DNA of 64,000 nucleotides from Octopus sinensis (GCF_006345805.1 NC_043017.1:8432001-8496000), one strand, 5' to 3'. Positions 12,789 to 54,847 are shown, counted from the first letter of the stretch. Made by a program: numbers and translations. The notes: a model not told the origin generated them from the sequence alone.

Positions 12789-14688
12789 TATATATCATCA
12801 TCATCATTTAGCATGGAAAGCGGATGCTAAATGATGATGATGATGATATATATATATACACACATATATATATATACATATATGTATATGTGTGTGTGTG
12901 TGTGTGTGTATGAATGAGTATATGCATACATATACGTATTTATGTGTGTGTGTATATATATATATATGTATTGATATATATATATATATATATATATGCA
13001 CGTGTATTTGTGAGTATATATATTCATGTATATGCAATGTGAGTGAATGTGTTTATATATGTACATGTAAATATTTTTGTGTGCATATACATACATGCAT
13101 ACATACATATATATGTATATTAGTTTCAAATTTTAGCACAAGGCCAGCAATTTCAGGTGATGGCGTAAAAGTCAGTTACACCAACCTCAGTGTTTAACTC
13201 ACACTTACTTTTATTGATCCCAAATGGATGAAAGGCAAAGTCAGCCTCAGCAGAATTTTAAGCTCAAAGTGTGTCGATGGACAAGAAGCTGCCAACACAG
13301 CCTGGCATGCTAACACTCCTGCCAGCACATCACCTTCAATATAATATCTATGTTAATGTTTGGTTTTGTGTTCAGTAATAATATAAACAATTTTGTATTA
13401 ATCTGATGGATTATTCTATGCGTTTGCAGATTACAAATTTACCGTTCTTTAACAGGAATAGTATTGACTGTGCCTTTGAAGTTTCGATTAGCTAAGCCAT
13501 CATTGGACTGTGATGCACTAAGTTAATCTTGGCTTTACGTTGAAATTAAAAAAAAAAAATTCTGTGGTTTGTGGAACTCAGTTGAATAATAGTTAGGTTG
13601 TAGGGTGGGTTATGATGGAGAGGTGGATAAATTATTGACTAAATTTGAGGTTATGTTATTGTTCAAATAACATGTAAAACTTTGTAAAACAGGCGTGTTT
13701 ATTTAGGTATGTCAGCTTCAGGTTATGTGGTTGTTTTTAGTGGTTCACAAGAAAGAAGTAGGTAGAAGAAGGCTTTTTGGTCGGTGGATGTGTCATTAGT
13801 TTTAATTATTTCTGTTTCTATTGGATTTAATTTTCATTTTGGCTATGTAAAGGTCAAAATTCAAAGTTTAGTCCAGCATTTAAAACCTTTGTCAATTGGG
13901 TGTGTCTTAATTTTTTGTAATAGAACTTTTAAGGATTTACAAAAGAATGTGAGTAGATGGTACATTTTTGGTGGTCAGTAAGTTGATATTATTCAGGATA
14001 TTTCCTGTTTGTATTTGGAAGGTGGAGGTTATTAGTGGAACATCATGGTGATAGTATAAGGATTCGTTTTATCTTGTGCTTTGATGTTCAAAATCAAGTA
14101 TATATTGAAGAATGAGAGACACAGAGATGCTCAGCTACAATATTGGCATTGTTATATCAACCATTCACAGATCATTAGAAACAGCTGTAAAGACAAGGCC
14201 TGCTTACATCATGTAAATTGCTTATGTAATTTTTCATATAAATACATTTACTATACCTATCTCTGTTTGTCATCCCATTTTTTATATATGTACATGCATA
14301 CATACATATATATATGTATCTGTGTGTGTGTGTGTGTATCATCACCATCATTGTTTAACATCCGTCTTCTATGCTAGTATGGGTGGGACATATACATATA
14401 AATATATATATATATCATGAAATAGGTAGCACAGAGGGACAAAGAATTATTCAAGAAAATCAAACAGCAACACAAATGAATGCAAACATGTTCAACCCAT
14501 CATCAGCTGTTTAGCAAGTATCATCACAGTTTCAATACATAGAAATGGTTCTTTGTTAGTTTTGACAATACGGATTTAGCTATTTGATGAACTGAATTAC
14601 CTGCTCCTTAATTAGCATGTAAGTAGCTGAATATTCCACCAACACATGTGTCCATAATGTAATTTTCAATCAGAATCAGCATAACACA

Positions 14689-14723
<35 letters not shown>

Positions 14724-14920
14724 GGCTTTACATTTTAAATTACAGGTACAGTCTAACTTTTAAATTACGGATACAAGATTCTATACAGTTTCCATTGACC
14801 TAGTTTCACTCACAAGTTGCATGTTGGCCCATGCCAAACAGTGGGATGGAACTTAACACCTCATGGTTGTCGAGCAAACTTCTTAACCATTTGGCCCTGT
14901 TGTGTCTTCTCTCTTTTTCT

Positions 14921-14962
<42 letters not shown>

Positions 14963-17900
14963 TGCAATACATGTATATATATATATATAACTGCCACATA
15001 GCTATATGTGTATTGAATATAAATATTCAATACACATAATGCACATGCATACTCACACATGTATGCACATATGCTTACACACACACACATGCACACAGAC
15101 ACATACATACACATACATACACAGACATGCACACACACATGCACACATAGACATGCATACATAGACATGCATACACATGCACACACATAGGCACACATAG
15201 ACACATATACACACTGACATGCACACACATGATCACACAGACATACATACACACAATGCACACACACACATGCACACAGATACACACATACTCGCACACA
15301 TGCACCCACACATACACACCCACACGTGCACACCCACACATGCACACATACACACACACACACATGCACGCAATTGTTTCATAGTAAATCCAATATTGCG
15401 AATTCTGTCATGAATAGAAATATTTCAGAAATAAATAGAACAAACAAACTGACAAATAAAATAAGTCCAATAAAAACAAACCAACAAATATGCCAAAACA
15501 TTATCGGAATGGTGGTTTGAAGGATTTTAGCATTCCTCTGTAGATATGTCACTTTATAATTTAGAGTGCAGCAGTTTGAGATATTGAAAGCCATAACTGT
15601 ACTTTCTAGCTTTTGATGTGACATCTCTTAAAAACAAAGCAAGAAATCATAAAGAAAAATGGTAAAAAAAAAAGAACCAAAAGCAACAAAATTAAAGCAT
15701 CTTTTATCTTTTACTGGTTTCAGTCATTGGAGTGCGGCCATGCTGGGGCACTGCCATGAAGGGTTTATTTGAACAAATTGCCCCCAGTGGTTTATTTCGT
15801 TTTGTTTTTTTTTCATAAGTCTGGTACTTATTCTATCAGTCTTTTTTTGCTGAACTGCAGAGTTACAGAGACATAAACAAACCGACACTAGTTGTCATGT
15901 GTTAGTGCCAGGCAAACACAAACATAAAAACACATACCCATTTATATGTATGTACGCGTGCATTTACACACATTTATACATACACACACATACACACACA
16001 ACAGGCTTCTTTCGGTTTTTGTCTATTAAATCCACTCACAAGGCATTGTCATTTTGGGGTTATAGTAGAAGATACTTGCTTAAGGTGACACGCAGTGGGA
16101 CTGAACCCAGAACCATATGGTTGGGAAGTAAACTTTTTAACACACAGCCACAATTGCAGCATAGTAATAATAATAATAATAATAATAATGATAATAATAA
16201 TCCTTTCTACTGAAGGCACAAGGCCTGAAATTTTGGGGGAGTGGACTAATCGATTACATCAACCTCAGTGTTTCACTGGTACTTAATTTCTTGACCCCGA
16301 AAGGATGAAAGGTAAAGTCGACCTCAGTAGAATGTGAACTCAGAACATGGAGACATTTTGCCTGGCATGCTAACAACTCTGCCAACTCGCCGCCTTAATG
16401 ATAATAATAATAATAATACTTTCTACTATAGGTACAAGGCCTAAAATTTTGGGAGTGGGGGCAGTCGACTCCAGTATGCAACTGGTACTTAATTTATCGA
16501 CCCCTGAAAGGATGAAAGGCGAAGTTGACTTTGGCAGAATTTGAACTGAGAATGTAAAGATGGACGAAATACCTATTTCTTTACATTCTTTCGGGGTCGA
16601 TAAATTAAATACCAGTGAAACACTGGGGGCAATATAATCGATTTAACCCCTCCCCACAAATTTCAGGCCTTGTGCCTTTAGTAGAAAGAATTATTATTAT
16701 TATTGTTAAGGTGGTAAGCTGGCAGAATTGTTAGCACGCTGGGCAAAATGCTTAGTGATATTTCATCTCTCTTTATGTTGTTCTAAGTTCAAATTCTGCC
16801 GAGGACAACTTTGCCTTTTATCTTTCCAGGTTCAATACATTAAGTACCTGTGAAACTCTGGGGTCGATGTAATTGACTTAACCACTCTCCCCAATTTTAG
16901 GCCTTTTGCCTATAGCTGAAAGGATTATAACTGAACATAAAAACTAGCATTAACAACACACACACACACACTTGTGCGTATGCATGTGTGAGTGTATGTG
17001 TGTGTGTGTGCACATGTATGAATGTATTTGTACAGATGGATGTGGTGGTTGTGTTGGTGGAGATATTGATGTTTTGTAAAGAACAAGACAAAACTGAAAA
17101 CTGTTTAAATCCTTGAATTGTACTTATTGCATGTGAATCAATCAATATGAATGCACTGTACCACATGTTGGTGACAGGGTGAGAAGTTTGAGACTCTCCA
17201 CCTATGTGGGGAGAGTCCCCCTGGTTTAGTTTTCATCTGAAAGAAAAAGGAAAAAAAAAACCCACCTTTAGTTCTTCATATCTTCTCTCACCCCACCCCA
17301 CCCCCACCTTGCTGGTGTCACTTGTCTGTTGGAGTGTGTGTATGTGTGTGTGCGTGCGTGTGTGTGTGTGTGTGTGAGAGAGCGTGTGTGTGTGAGCATG
17401 TGTGTGTATGAGCGTGTGTGTGTGTTTGTGTGTGTGTGAGTGTGTGTGTGAAAGGTGAAGTTACTTGACACAAAGATCCAGGTTTCTCGCTTTCCAGTCA
17501 CCCTCGCTGCCAGATCATCTTCAACAAACAAGGTGGATGGGTGGGCAGCAGTTGTGAGGCTGTGGAATGGGTGAGGAGGGTTAGAGTGTGGGGTTTCAAG
17601 ATTTTATTTTTATTCCGAACCACCTCCCCTCACTCGATGAAGGCCTTCTATTTGTGGTAGCAGCGATAAATTTGGCAACATCATCATCAGAACTAATGAC
17701 ACATTTAAACCTCATTCCCCCCTCTTAACCCCTCTTTCAATTTCTCTCTATCTCTTTCTTATCTATTTGTATATTACTCTCTCTCTCTCTATCAGCCTAT
17801 TTCTCTCTCTTTATCTATCCTTCTACCTATCTACCTATCTTTTTCTCACTATTTTTGTGTGTCTGTCTGTCTATTCTCGTATATTTTTAATTAATAAATG

Positions 17901-19233
17901 ATAACAATGCATTGGGTTGTTCCAACACATTAGGACAACCAAGCTTAGAATTTGGTTCCCTCTTCTCCATTACTACAGCGGTACCACAGAGAGCAGTGCT
18001 ATGGTTTCATGTTAATATCCAGGAATTCGGACAGAACAGTGGACTTTATGATATCGTCAGTGTTTCTATACATGAAAAAAAAAGGCTTTGTTTAAATCAT
18101 CCTGTTCACAACACATACATGTATATATATATATACATTTCTGATATCTTTTTAAAGAACAACACACACATGCACAACACCAAATTTCTGGACACTTATG
18201 ATCTGGAGTCTCTTATAATCAAATGCTGTATTTGAAAGGGCCAGCCTTATCACATTCTGTGTGATGCAAAATCCTTGTTAAGGGTATGCGTGTCTGTGGA
18301 ATGCTTAGCAATTGGCACATCATTTTTACAAGCAAACTGTTCCATTAATCAGATCAACTGGAACCTTTGTCATCATGACCAACCGAGTGCCAGTTATAAT
18401 CGGCAATAATTTACACTAATGTAGAAATACCTGTATTTCATTTAATTATCAAAGTCAATTTAATATTTGTTTAATTTAAAGTGTGTTGACCAAATTGGCC
18501 ACTTCTGGTTCAGAAAAATAGGCTTTGGAACCAAAGCTTCTGGAAAATTGATGTTGTAACTCTGTGTGTGTATACATACATACATACATATATATATATA
18601 TTTTAAGTGTATAATTATAAAGTATGATTATAAATAAGGGCTCTGGAATACCATCACCTATACACTAAAAATAGAAGTCAAATATATACAAACCACTCTA
18701 AAGTGTGTGTCTATATATATATATATATATAACAGGCAAAGAAATCTAGTGCCAACTCCTGTGAAACTGTCCAACCAATCCCAACACAGAAGGGGGACCT
18801 TAAACAGTGATGATGATGATTATATAAAAAAAAGAATCAACACTCTTTCTTGCCAGATGACAAGATTCCCACTTAAACTGCAGAGCAATCTACAATATAT
18901 CCTTACAGAATCCTTATTTGGATTTAAAAAAAAAAAAAACGAAATTTTATTGTGGGTTCAATTCTAATGAAAGCTACACTCCCACCACCCCAACCTCATG
19001 CTTTTTGCCTCATGTTTCTAACTAAGGACAAATGAACCTCTGGTTGAGTGCATCTAACATTTTGATTACTAATCCCTATATTTCATTGCTGGACCCTAAT
19101 TCTTTGGTTATAAGCTCCACACTCATTCACTGAAACTCCAAAGTGTTGATCATCAATATTGTTTTATAGATTATACACACATTTACTTAACAACTTTTGT
19201 CCATTTCATATATATATACACACAACACACACA

Positions 19234-19264
<31 letters not shown>

Positions 19265-20637
19265 TGCATATATACACATACACATAAATGTCGAACCATG
19301 AGAATGAGTGCTCAACACTGCATTGGTGAATAAAATTCATATATATATATATATACACACACACACACGCTTGATAAACAATTAGCTTTAGGTACTTTAT
19401 ATATATATATACATACATACACACACACACACATATATTATAGCTCAATACATTGTTATACATTGTATACACCTTTTATGACCAAGTTCCTCACATGCAC
19501 ACATTTTATGTACATTATAACATCATGACCATATGCAGCGCATAAACATACATAACATACATTAAAGACCATGGAAGGCATAGGAGGAAGTAAAGAGGTT
19601 TGATATCAGAACCTTGGACTCAAGAGAACAGTTGATGAAACAACTTAAATGATAATTGATTTGCATTATGGGAAGTCCACCCAAATCATGCTGACATGGG
19701 AATGTTAAAACGATGACAGTGATAATACTAATGATGATGATGATGATGATGATGTATATACAGGCTTTAATTTAAATGGACAATTGACTATAGTTAGTAC
19801 CAGAATTGGTCAGAGAATGCTGGGAGATGGAGTTATTTTAAGACTGGTGGAGTTTGATACAAGTAAGTCAATGATCTTTGGTTAGCATGTTTAACCAGTA
19901 AGCAAGTGGTGGCGAGTTCAATTTCTGTTGGTAGACTCATATTTAATTTTTCATTCTCAAGTTGTTATTTATGAATATGTATGCTGTTTTTTTTTGTTTT
20001 TTAATGTTGTTTTCATAAAATGGCTCGTATTTATTTTATAATCAAAATCATGTCTCATGGTGTTTAGTTGTGACTCTACACGTTCTGATTTCAAATGTTG
20101 CCTTGGTTGTCTTTGTCTCTAACTCTTCCAGGGTTTGTAAAATCCTGGCACTCTGTCGGTTATGACAACAAAGGTTCCAGTTGGTCTGATCAATGGAACA
20201 GCCTGAACATGAAATTAACATGCAAGTGGCTGAGCACTCCACAGACACGTGTACCCTCAATGTAGTTCTCAGGGAGATTCAGCACAACACGGAATATGAC
20301 AAAGCTGGCCCTTTTGTAATTACAGCTGAGGGGACTGGAGCAATGGGAAATAAAGGGTTTTGCTGAAGGATACAATGTGCCAGGAATTGAACTCCTGACT
20401 TTATGATTGTGAGCCGAATGCCCTAACCATTAACCCATGTGCTTAGCAAAATAATTATCAATCAATTATTGGGATCAATGTAATCAATAAACCTCCTCCT
20501 CCAATATTTGTGCCTTTATTTTAAAAATGGAAACCAATATTATAGAAGACACTTGGCCAAGGTGCCATGCAGTGTGACTGAACCTGGAACCATGTGGTTG
20601 GGAAGCAAGCTTCTTACCACACAGCCACACTTTAGTC

Positions 20638-20784
20638 ATATTTACATAGTTGACTGGTTTCGCTTATGCTAATCCTGACTAAATAGTTAGTGATAATGTT
20701 ATATTTTCATGCAATCAAAATAACATTATTACTAATTACTTAGTCATGATTAGCATAAGCAAAACCAGTCTACTATGTAAATAT
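20638..20784. repeat. 65-bp-arm foldback palindrome (MITE-like)
   Basis: Arms 20638-20702 and 20720-20784, about 6 mismatches of mixed type, 17-nt spacer. Confidence 0.8.
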
Positions 20785-20812
20785 TTTATTTCATAAATAT
20801 ATATATATATAT

Positions 20813-21138
20813 TTCATTTTTGGATTTGGTTTGCAAAATTCTTTATATGAATTCGTGTGTTGAAGCGTATTCTATTGTGTCTGGGAAGAGTCATTTTCTT
20901 TTTGTGCCTTATAATGTAACACACTCACCGGTAAAATTTCCATTTATTTCTTATTTTTATTCTCCTAAAATTTTCGTTGCGTCTTGCAACATTTTCAATA
21001 GTTTTGACTCAAAACTATTGAAAAGGTTGCAAGATGCAACGAAAATTTTAGGACAATAAAAATAAGAAAAAAAGTGGAAATTTTAGCGGTGAGTGGTATA
21101 AGGTACAAAAAGAAAATGACTCTCCCCAGGCACAACAG
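20813..21138. repeat. Long palindromic repeat element (arms about 130 bp, centre gttttgaCtcaaaac at 21008)
   Basis: Arms 20872-21007 and 21009-21138 are reverse complements; (TA)n on both sides; further copies at 47169-47468 and 4412-4550 (one arm). Confidence 0.85.
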
Positions 21139-21669
21139 TATATATATTTTTTTTTCCAATATATATAAACATATATAGGTGAGGTCAGTTTTGGCAACTG
21201 TAAAAACCTTGCCAAAACTGACATTGCCTGTGCTTGGGCCATGTAAAAAGCATTAGGTCCTCTCTTCTGATCTTCTGAGTAGTTGGTGTTAGGAAGGGTA
21301 TCTAGCTGTAAAAATCCTGCCAAAACAGTTACAGAAGTCTGGTGGAGGCTTTTGCCTGGCTGGCTCTTGTCAAACTGTCTCTCAGCAGGGAAGGCGGATG
21401 TTAAACGATAGTGATGACGATATATATATCTTTTATCTTTTTACTTCTTTTGGTAATTGGACTGCAACTATGCTGGAATACTGCCTTTAGGGTTTTAGTC
21501 AAGTAAAAATTGACCCCTATGACTTTGTTTTTAAAGCTGGTACTTATTGTATTGCTCTCCTTTGCTAAACAGCTAAGTTATGGGGATGTAAACAAACCAA
21601 CATCAGCTGTCAAGCAGTGGTGTAGGACAAACACAGATATATGTACACATGGACATACGTACATACCTG

Positions 21670-21706
<37 letters not shown>

Positions 21707-22255
21707 TTATGTACACACACACACACACACAACTGGCTTCTTTCACTTTCCATCTACCAAATCCACACAATGCTTTAATATTGGTGTCTGTGTATCTACT
21801 TGTGTGTGTTTGTGGCTCTCTGCATGTGTGTATGTTTGTGTCTTTGTGTGTGAACCATGTGGTTGGGAAGCATTCTTCTAACCTCACAACTGTGCCTACC
21901 TATCTATCTATACATCCATCCATCAGTGATTTTGATTCGCCGATGACAGTACCGCCTGATTGACACCCGTGCCAGTAGAATGCTAAAAGCACCATCCAGG
22001 CATGATCATTGCCAGGGCTGCTGACTGGCTCCCGTGCCGGTGGCACGTAAAAGCCCCCACTACACTCTCGGAGTGGTTGGTGTTAGGAAGGGCATCCAGC
22101 TGTAGAAACCATGCTAGATCAGATTAGAGCCTGGTGCAGCCTTCAGGCTCAACAGTCCTCAGTCAAACTGTCCAACCCATGCCAGCATGGAAAGCAGGCA
22201 TTTTTAAACGACCTTGACGATGATGATGATGATACATATATATATATATATATAT

Positions 22256-23312
22256 ATATGGCAGCGAAACATGGGCTGTGACTGCTGAGGACATGCGTAA
22301 GCTCGTGAGGAATGAAGCCAGTATGCTCCGATGGATGTGTGATGTCAGTGTACATACTCGACAGAGCGTTAGCACCTTGAGAGAAATGTTGTACTAAGAA
22401 GCATCAGTTGTGGTGTGCAAGAGAGACGATTGCGCTGGTATGGTCATGTGGCGAGAATGGATGAAGATAGGTGTGTGAGAAAGTGCCAATCCCTAGCAGT
22501 TGAGGGAACCCGTGGAAGAGGTAGACCCAGGAAAAACCTGGGACGAGGTGGTGAAGCACGACCTTCGAACTTTAGGCCTCACTGAGGAAATGACCAGAGA
22601 CCGAGACCTTTGGAAATATTCTGTACGTGAGAAGACCATGCAGGACAAGTGAGCCCAGCCCACTTATGAATGCCTTTCCTCCCTTGGACACAAAGACCGG
22701 TTGAGGCAGCGAAGTCGATATAGAACCCATCATCCGACGACAGACACCCATCCCAACCCCCATGCTTGCGAAGACATGTTGGGGCAAGCGAAATCGAAAT
22801 CGAAATCGAAAACCGAATTTAACCAGCCAGATCCCTGGCCTGGTGGTACGTAAAAAGCACTATCCGACTCGGGGCCCGTGGCACGTAAAATACCCCAATG
22901 CGACGTACGACACCGCCCCATGCCAACCCCCTTTGCTTGTGAAGACATGTTGGGGCAAGCGAAATCGAAATCGAATTGAACCAGCCAGGATCCCTGGTCT
23001 GGTGGTACTTAAAAGCACTATCCGACTCGTGGCCGATGCCAGCCACCCCGCCTCGACTGGCTTCCGTGCCGGTGGCACAACAAAAATACACCAATCTGAC
23101 CGTGGCCGTTGCCAGCCCCGCCTGGCACCTGTGCAGGTGGCCACGTAAAAAGCACCCACTACACTCACGGAGTGGTTGGCGTTAGGAAGGGCATCCAGCT
23201 GTAGAAACATTGCCAAATTAGACTGGAGCCTGGTGCAGCCTTCTGGCTTCCCCAAACCCGGTCGAAAACCGTCCAACCCATGCTAGCATGGAGACCGACG
23301 TTAAACGACGAT
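22256..23312 (+). mobile_element. 5'-truncated RTE-clade LINE: ORF C-terminus plus long repetitive 3' UTR
   Basis: YGSETWAVTAEDMRKLVRNEASMLRWMC...RRLRWYGHVARMDEDRCVRKC...GRGRPRK/WDEVVKHDLRTLGL...RDRDLWK (2 frameshifts, stop near 22652), then the tail ...gtccaacccatgctagcatgg...gttaaacgacgatg found throughout the window. Confidence 0.9.
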
Positions 23313-25715
23313 GAGATATAATTCATTTGTAAAACTATCAATCCCAAACCTTGTTGAAACATGTTTGAAAATTATATAAAATACAATCTCTTCCTACCCA
23401 ACCCATTCTTCAATATTACGAAATAATAAATAAAGTAAAATAAGGAAAATTTAATAGAACCCGCATTTATATAACTTCCTCATCATTTTGATGATAAAGA
23501 AATCTCAGCACTTTGTGGCTTCCATAAAAAGTCTGCTGCACGAAAGGTGCGCAGCAAATATAAAATATAGAAAAAATTTGGGGTTGAGAAGATATTTAAT
23601 TTCGCATTTATTCTCATGTTTCAACCTGAATCTGCTGTTCCTATTGATTTTTTTGCTCCAGTTCGATGACTTTTGGTGAAATTTTCTGGATTGTTGTTAT
23701 TACTATTTTTGTTTTTTATTCTGTTTGAGCATCTGGAGGTGTGTAGAGTTTATAAACAGGATTATCTATAAGATATATATATATAAATGCTGGAGAATAA
23801 TCTATGGAAATCTGAAAGTGTAAGAAAAGAAAATAACAATAAAGTTCAATCTTGATTGTATCTGTGTACCTACTTGTGTGTGTATGTGTGTGTGTGTATG
23901 CATACCTATATGTGTGTGCATGTATACCTGTCTGTGTGAATTTGTACTCGACTGCATGTGTGTGTGTGTGTGCATGCGCACTTGTGTTAGAGCCTGTGTT
24001 TGTGTGTTTGTACCTGTCTCTGTACTTGTGTTTCTGTGTGCATGTGTGTGTGTGTTTGTGCAGCTGTGTGTGTGTGTGCGCATGCATGCTTGTGTTAGAG
24101 CCTCTGTGTGTGTACTTGTGTTTCTGTGTGTGTTTGCGCAGTTCTGTGTGTGTGTGTGTGTGTGTGTTGTCTTCTATGAATGAATACTGAGTGTTTGGCT
24201 CATGGGTTGAGCCTGGATTTGTGTGCCTGCTGAGCCTGGCATTATGTATGACTCTAACCAGCTCAGTTGTCTTTGAGACTCAGCTACGACTACTCACATC
24301 TTTGAGTGTAACTCATTCACTTAAACTTAGGCTTTGATGACAAACCCAATTTTCACTTCTGTTAAAGGTTAATATTTTACTTCATTTTTGCAAGTCAAAC
24401 ATGGCCTCCGTAGCAAATTTGGAGAGATAGACACTGATAATGTTTCAAATGGCGATAGAAGAACTTTGTCGAACAAAAACAACAGAAGAAACCATTGACT
24501 ATTTAGCCAACAAATTAAACAAACAATCAATTAGTTGCATAGATATGTAGCCAACTGACTAATAATAAAGGAGTGGAATTGAACCACAGCATGTGTTATT
24601 AATATTGGCACAATGAACCTCCCTAGACATAACAATATTTAAATTACTCATTAATGTTTTTGCTTTACATCTTTTTCATCATCATCATTGTCATCATCAT
24701 TGAACCCATTTGTTACCGTATTTATTTCGAGATGCTCTGTGACCCAGCAAATAAAGTGAGTTCCCGGCTGTATCCTACACCAGTTTTGCATAACCAGCCC
24801 CAGTCCATTCAAAAGTACCTTGGATCATAGGGCGATCTGCTGTGCTTGAGGAGACCTATTGAGTCAAGTACATTAACATCAAAATAAAAATCAAATGGAA
24901 ATTGTTGTTGTGATACCCATGCCAGTGGCATGTAAAAAGCACCATCCAAACATGGCTGATGCCAGCACCGCCTCGACTAGGTTCTGTGCCAGTGGCACGT
25001 AAAGACCACCAACTGATCATGGCTGTTGCCAGCTTCCTCTGGCCTCTGTGCCAGTGGCACATAAAAAGCACCCACTACACTGACGTCTACTACTACACTC
25101 TCAGGCTGATCAAAGCCTTATGAGTGAATTTGGCATACAGAAACTGAAAGCAGTTTCTTATTTATATATATATATATATATGCACACACATACATGCATA
25201 CATTACATGTGGGACTGAACCTGGAACTATATGGTTGTGAAGCAAATTTCTTACCACACAGCCATGCCTATTAATCAACATCAAATTTGTTGGCCCCTTC
25301 TTTTCAGTTTTTGAAGTCTCTTATGCTACAGAGACCTTAATTCTTGTTTGAGACAAAAAGAATATAAAAAAAGAGCATCTGTTTCACATATGTTTTACAT
25401 CTGTCCATCCATTTTACAATATTCTGCATCTGTTGGTTTTTCCTCACATCTGTTTCATAATCTATTTTCAGTCACTAATATTTACTTCTGTTTTCAAATT
25501 TTCTGCATCTGTTTTATATTTCCCCTTGTCTGTTTTCAAATTTTCAATCTGTTTTCAAATCTGATGCATCTGTTTTATATTTCCCCTTGTCTGTTTTCAA
25601 ATTTTCAATCTGTTTTCAAATCTGATGCATCTGTTTTATATTTTCCCTCATCTGTTTCACAATTCGTTTTGAATCATCAATATTGACATTTGTTTTCAAA
25701 TTTTTCTATTTTCAG

Positions 25716-53398
<27,683 letters not shown>

Positions 53399-53685
53399 TA
53401 AGACCTGTTTTTCTCTTCTACTCTTACTGCCATTGTGATTCAGGCTTGTCACTACAGTATGGGCGAGTGTCCATGTGCCATACAACTTACGCAAGGGCGT
53501 TTATACATCCATATCCATTAACAGTTATTTTTAATACTACTTTTTGCTGTATTGTGTGTTTATTTCTTTTTTGCATCTGTTATTTTATTATTGATCTTCT
53601 ATATAAATGAATATATATCCCTTGTTTTGCTGCTTTTCTTTACACGAAATGAGAAGAAACATTGTGGAACTGTTATTCTAATGAG

Positions 53686-53800
53686 TTATTTATCGCCTGA
53701 AGAGACACATCTACACTGTCGAATGCTTCTGAACTAGTTAAGTATCCCACCCATGAGGGATCGATGCTAGATGTGTTGAAACAATTGTAGTGACTAATAA
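53686..53800 (+). ncRNA. Type I hammerhead ribozyme-like motif (Penelope-type, palindromic stem III)
   Basis: Stem I TCGC/GTGA, core CTGAAGA (53697-53703), stem II GACACATCTA/TAGATGTGTT, GAA, palindrome ACAATTGT, cleavage triplet GTA (53787-53789). Confidence 0.65.
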
Positions 53801-54804
53801 AATTTCTCATATCTTCCATCTTTCATTTACCATATGTGTGTGTGTATATACACACATATATCTTCTCTCTCTATTTTTATACATTTATCTCCTCTGCAGT
53901 TAGAAAAATGTTTCTATCCCTCTGTCACACTCTTACTGCTCATCACCTGGCACAAGGCCACCTTCAATGCCCTCCATGCCCCTGCACACAATCTGTCCCT
54001 CATGAATCTCTCCCTCTCAACTCATCACCACATTCCCCTCCATTCCATCTCCCACTCTTTTGCACTCATGAACTTACCTGCCCACTCACCCTATCTAATC
54101 CTCTTGCATACCACTTCTATACACTTATATACCACTTACATACCACTTATATACACTTCCTTGTAACTTGATTGTATGCCCCAACACATCTTCTTCAACA
54201 TCCTTCTCTCCTCTCCTCTCTCTCCCTCCTTCCTTTTCCAGCTGGGGTGTCTGTGTGTCTCCTCTACTGAAATTCACCTCCTCCTGTCTCTTCTGTCATA
54301 CTTTAACATCTCCTCACCTGGCACAAAGCCACTCTACCTCAATATCGCTTCCTCCTCAGTTGAGGGGTAATAATTTGCAACTTATGTGGTAACCTCACTG
54401 GTGCTGGTGCTATGTAGAAAGTGCCCAGTACACTCTATGAACCGGTTGGCATTAGGAAGGGCGTCTGGCTGTAGAAACCAAGACAGAATTGACAGTGGAG
54501 CTTGGCACAATCCTCTCACTTAGCAGCTTCTATCAAACCATTCAAGCCTTGCCAGCCCAGAAGGTGGATGTTAAATGATGATGATGATGATGATGATGGG
54601 GGGGGGGTGATGGTGGTTCTTGTTTTATTAACAAAATGTCTATGTTCCAGTTTTATAGTTCTTTTTGAAGATATTTTTGTATTTCTCTGTTTGCTTGAAT
54701 GTGTGTGTATGTGTTTGTGTGTATGCATAAGCATATATATACACACACATATATATATTTAAATGTATATGTATTTGTGTGAATATGTGTTAGTGTGTGT
54801 GTGT

Positions 54805-54847
<43 letters not shown>

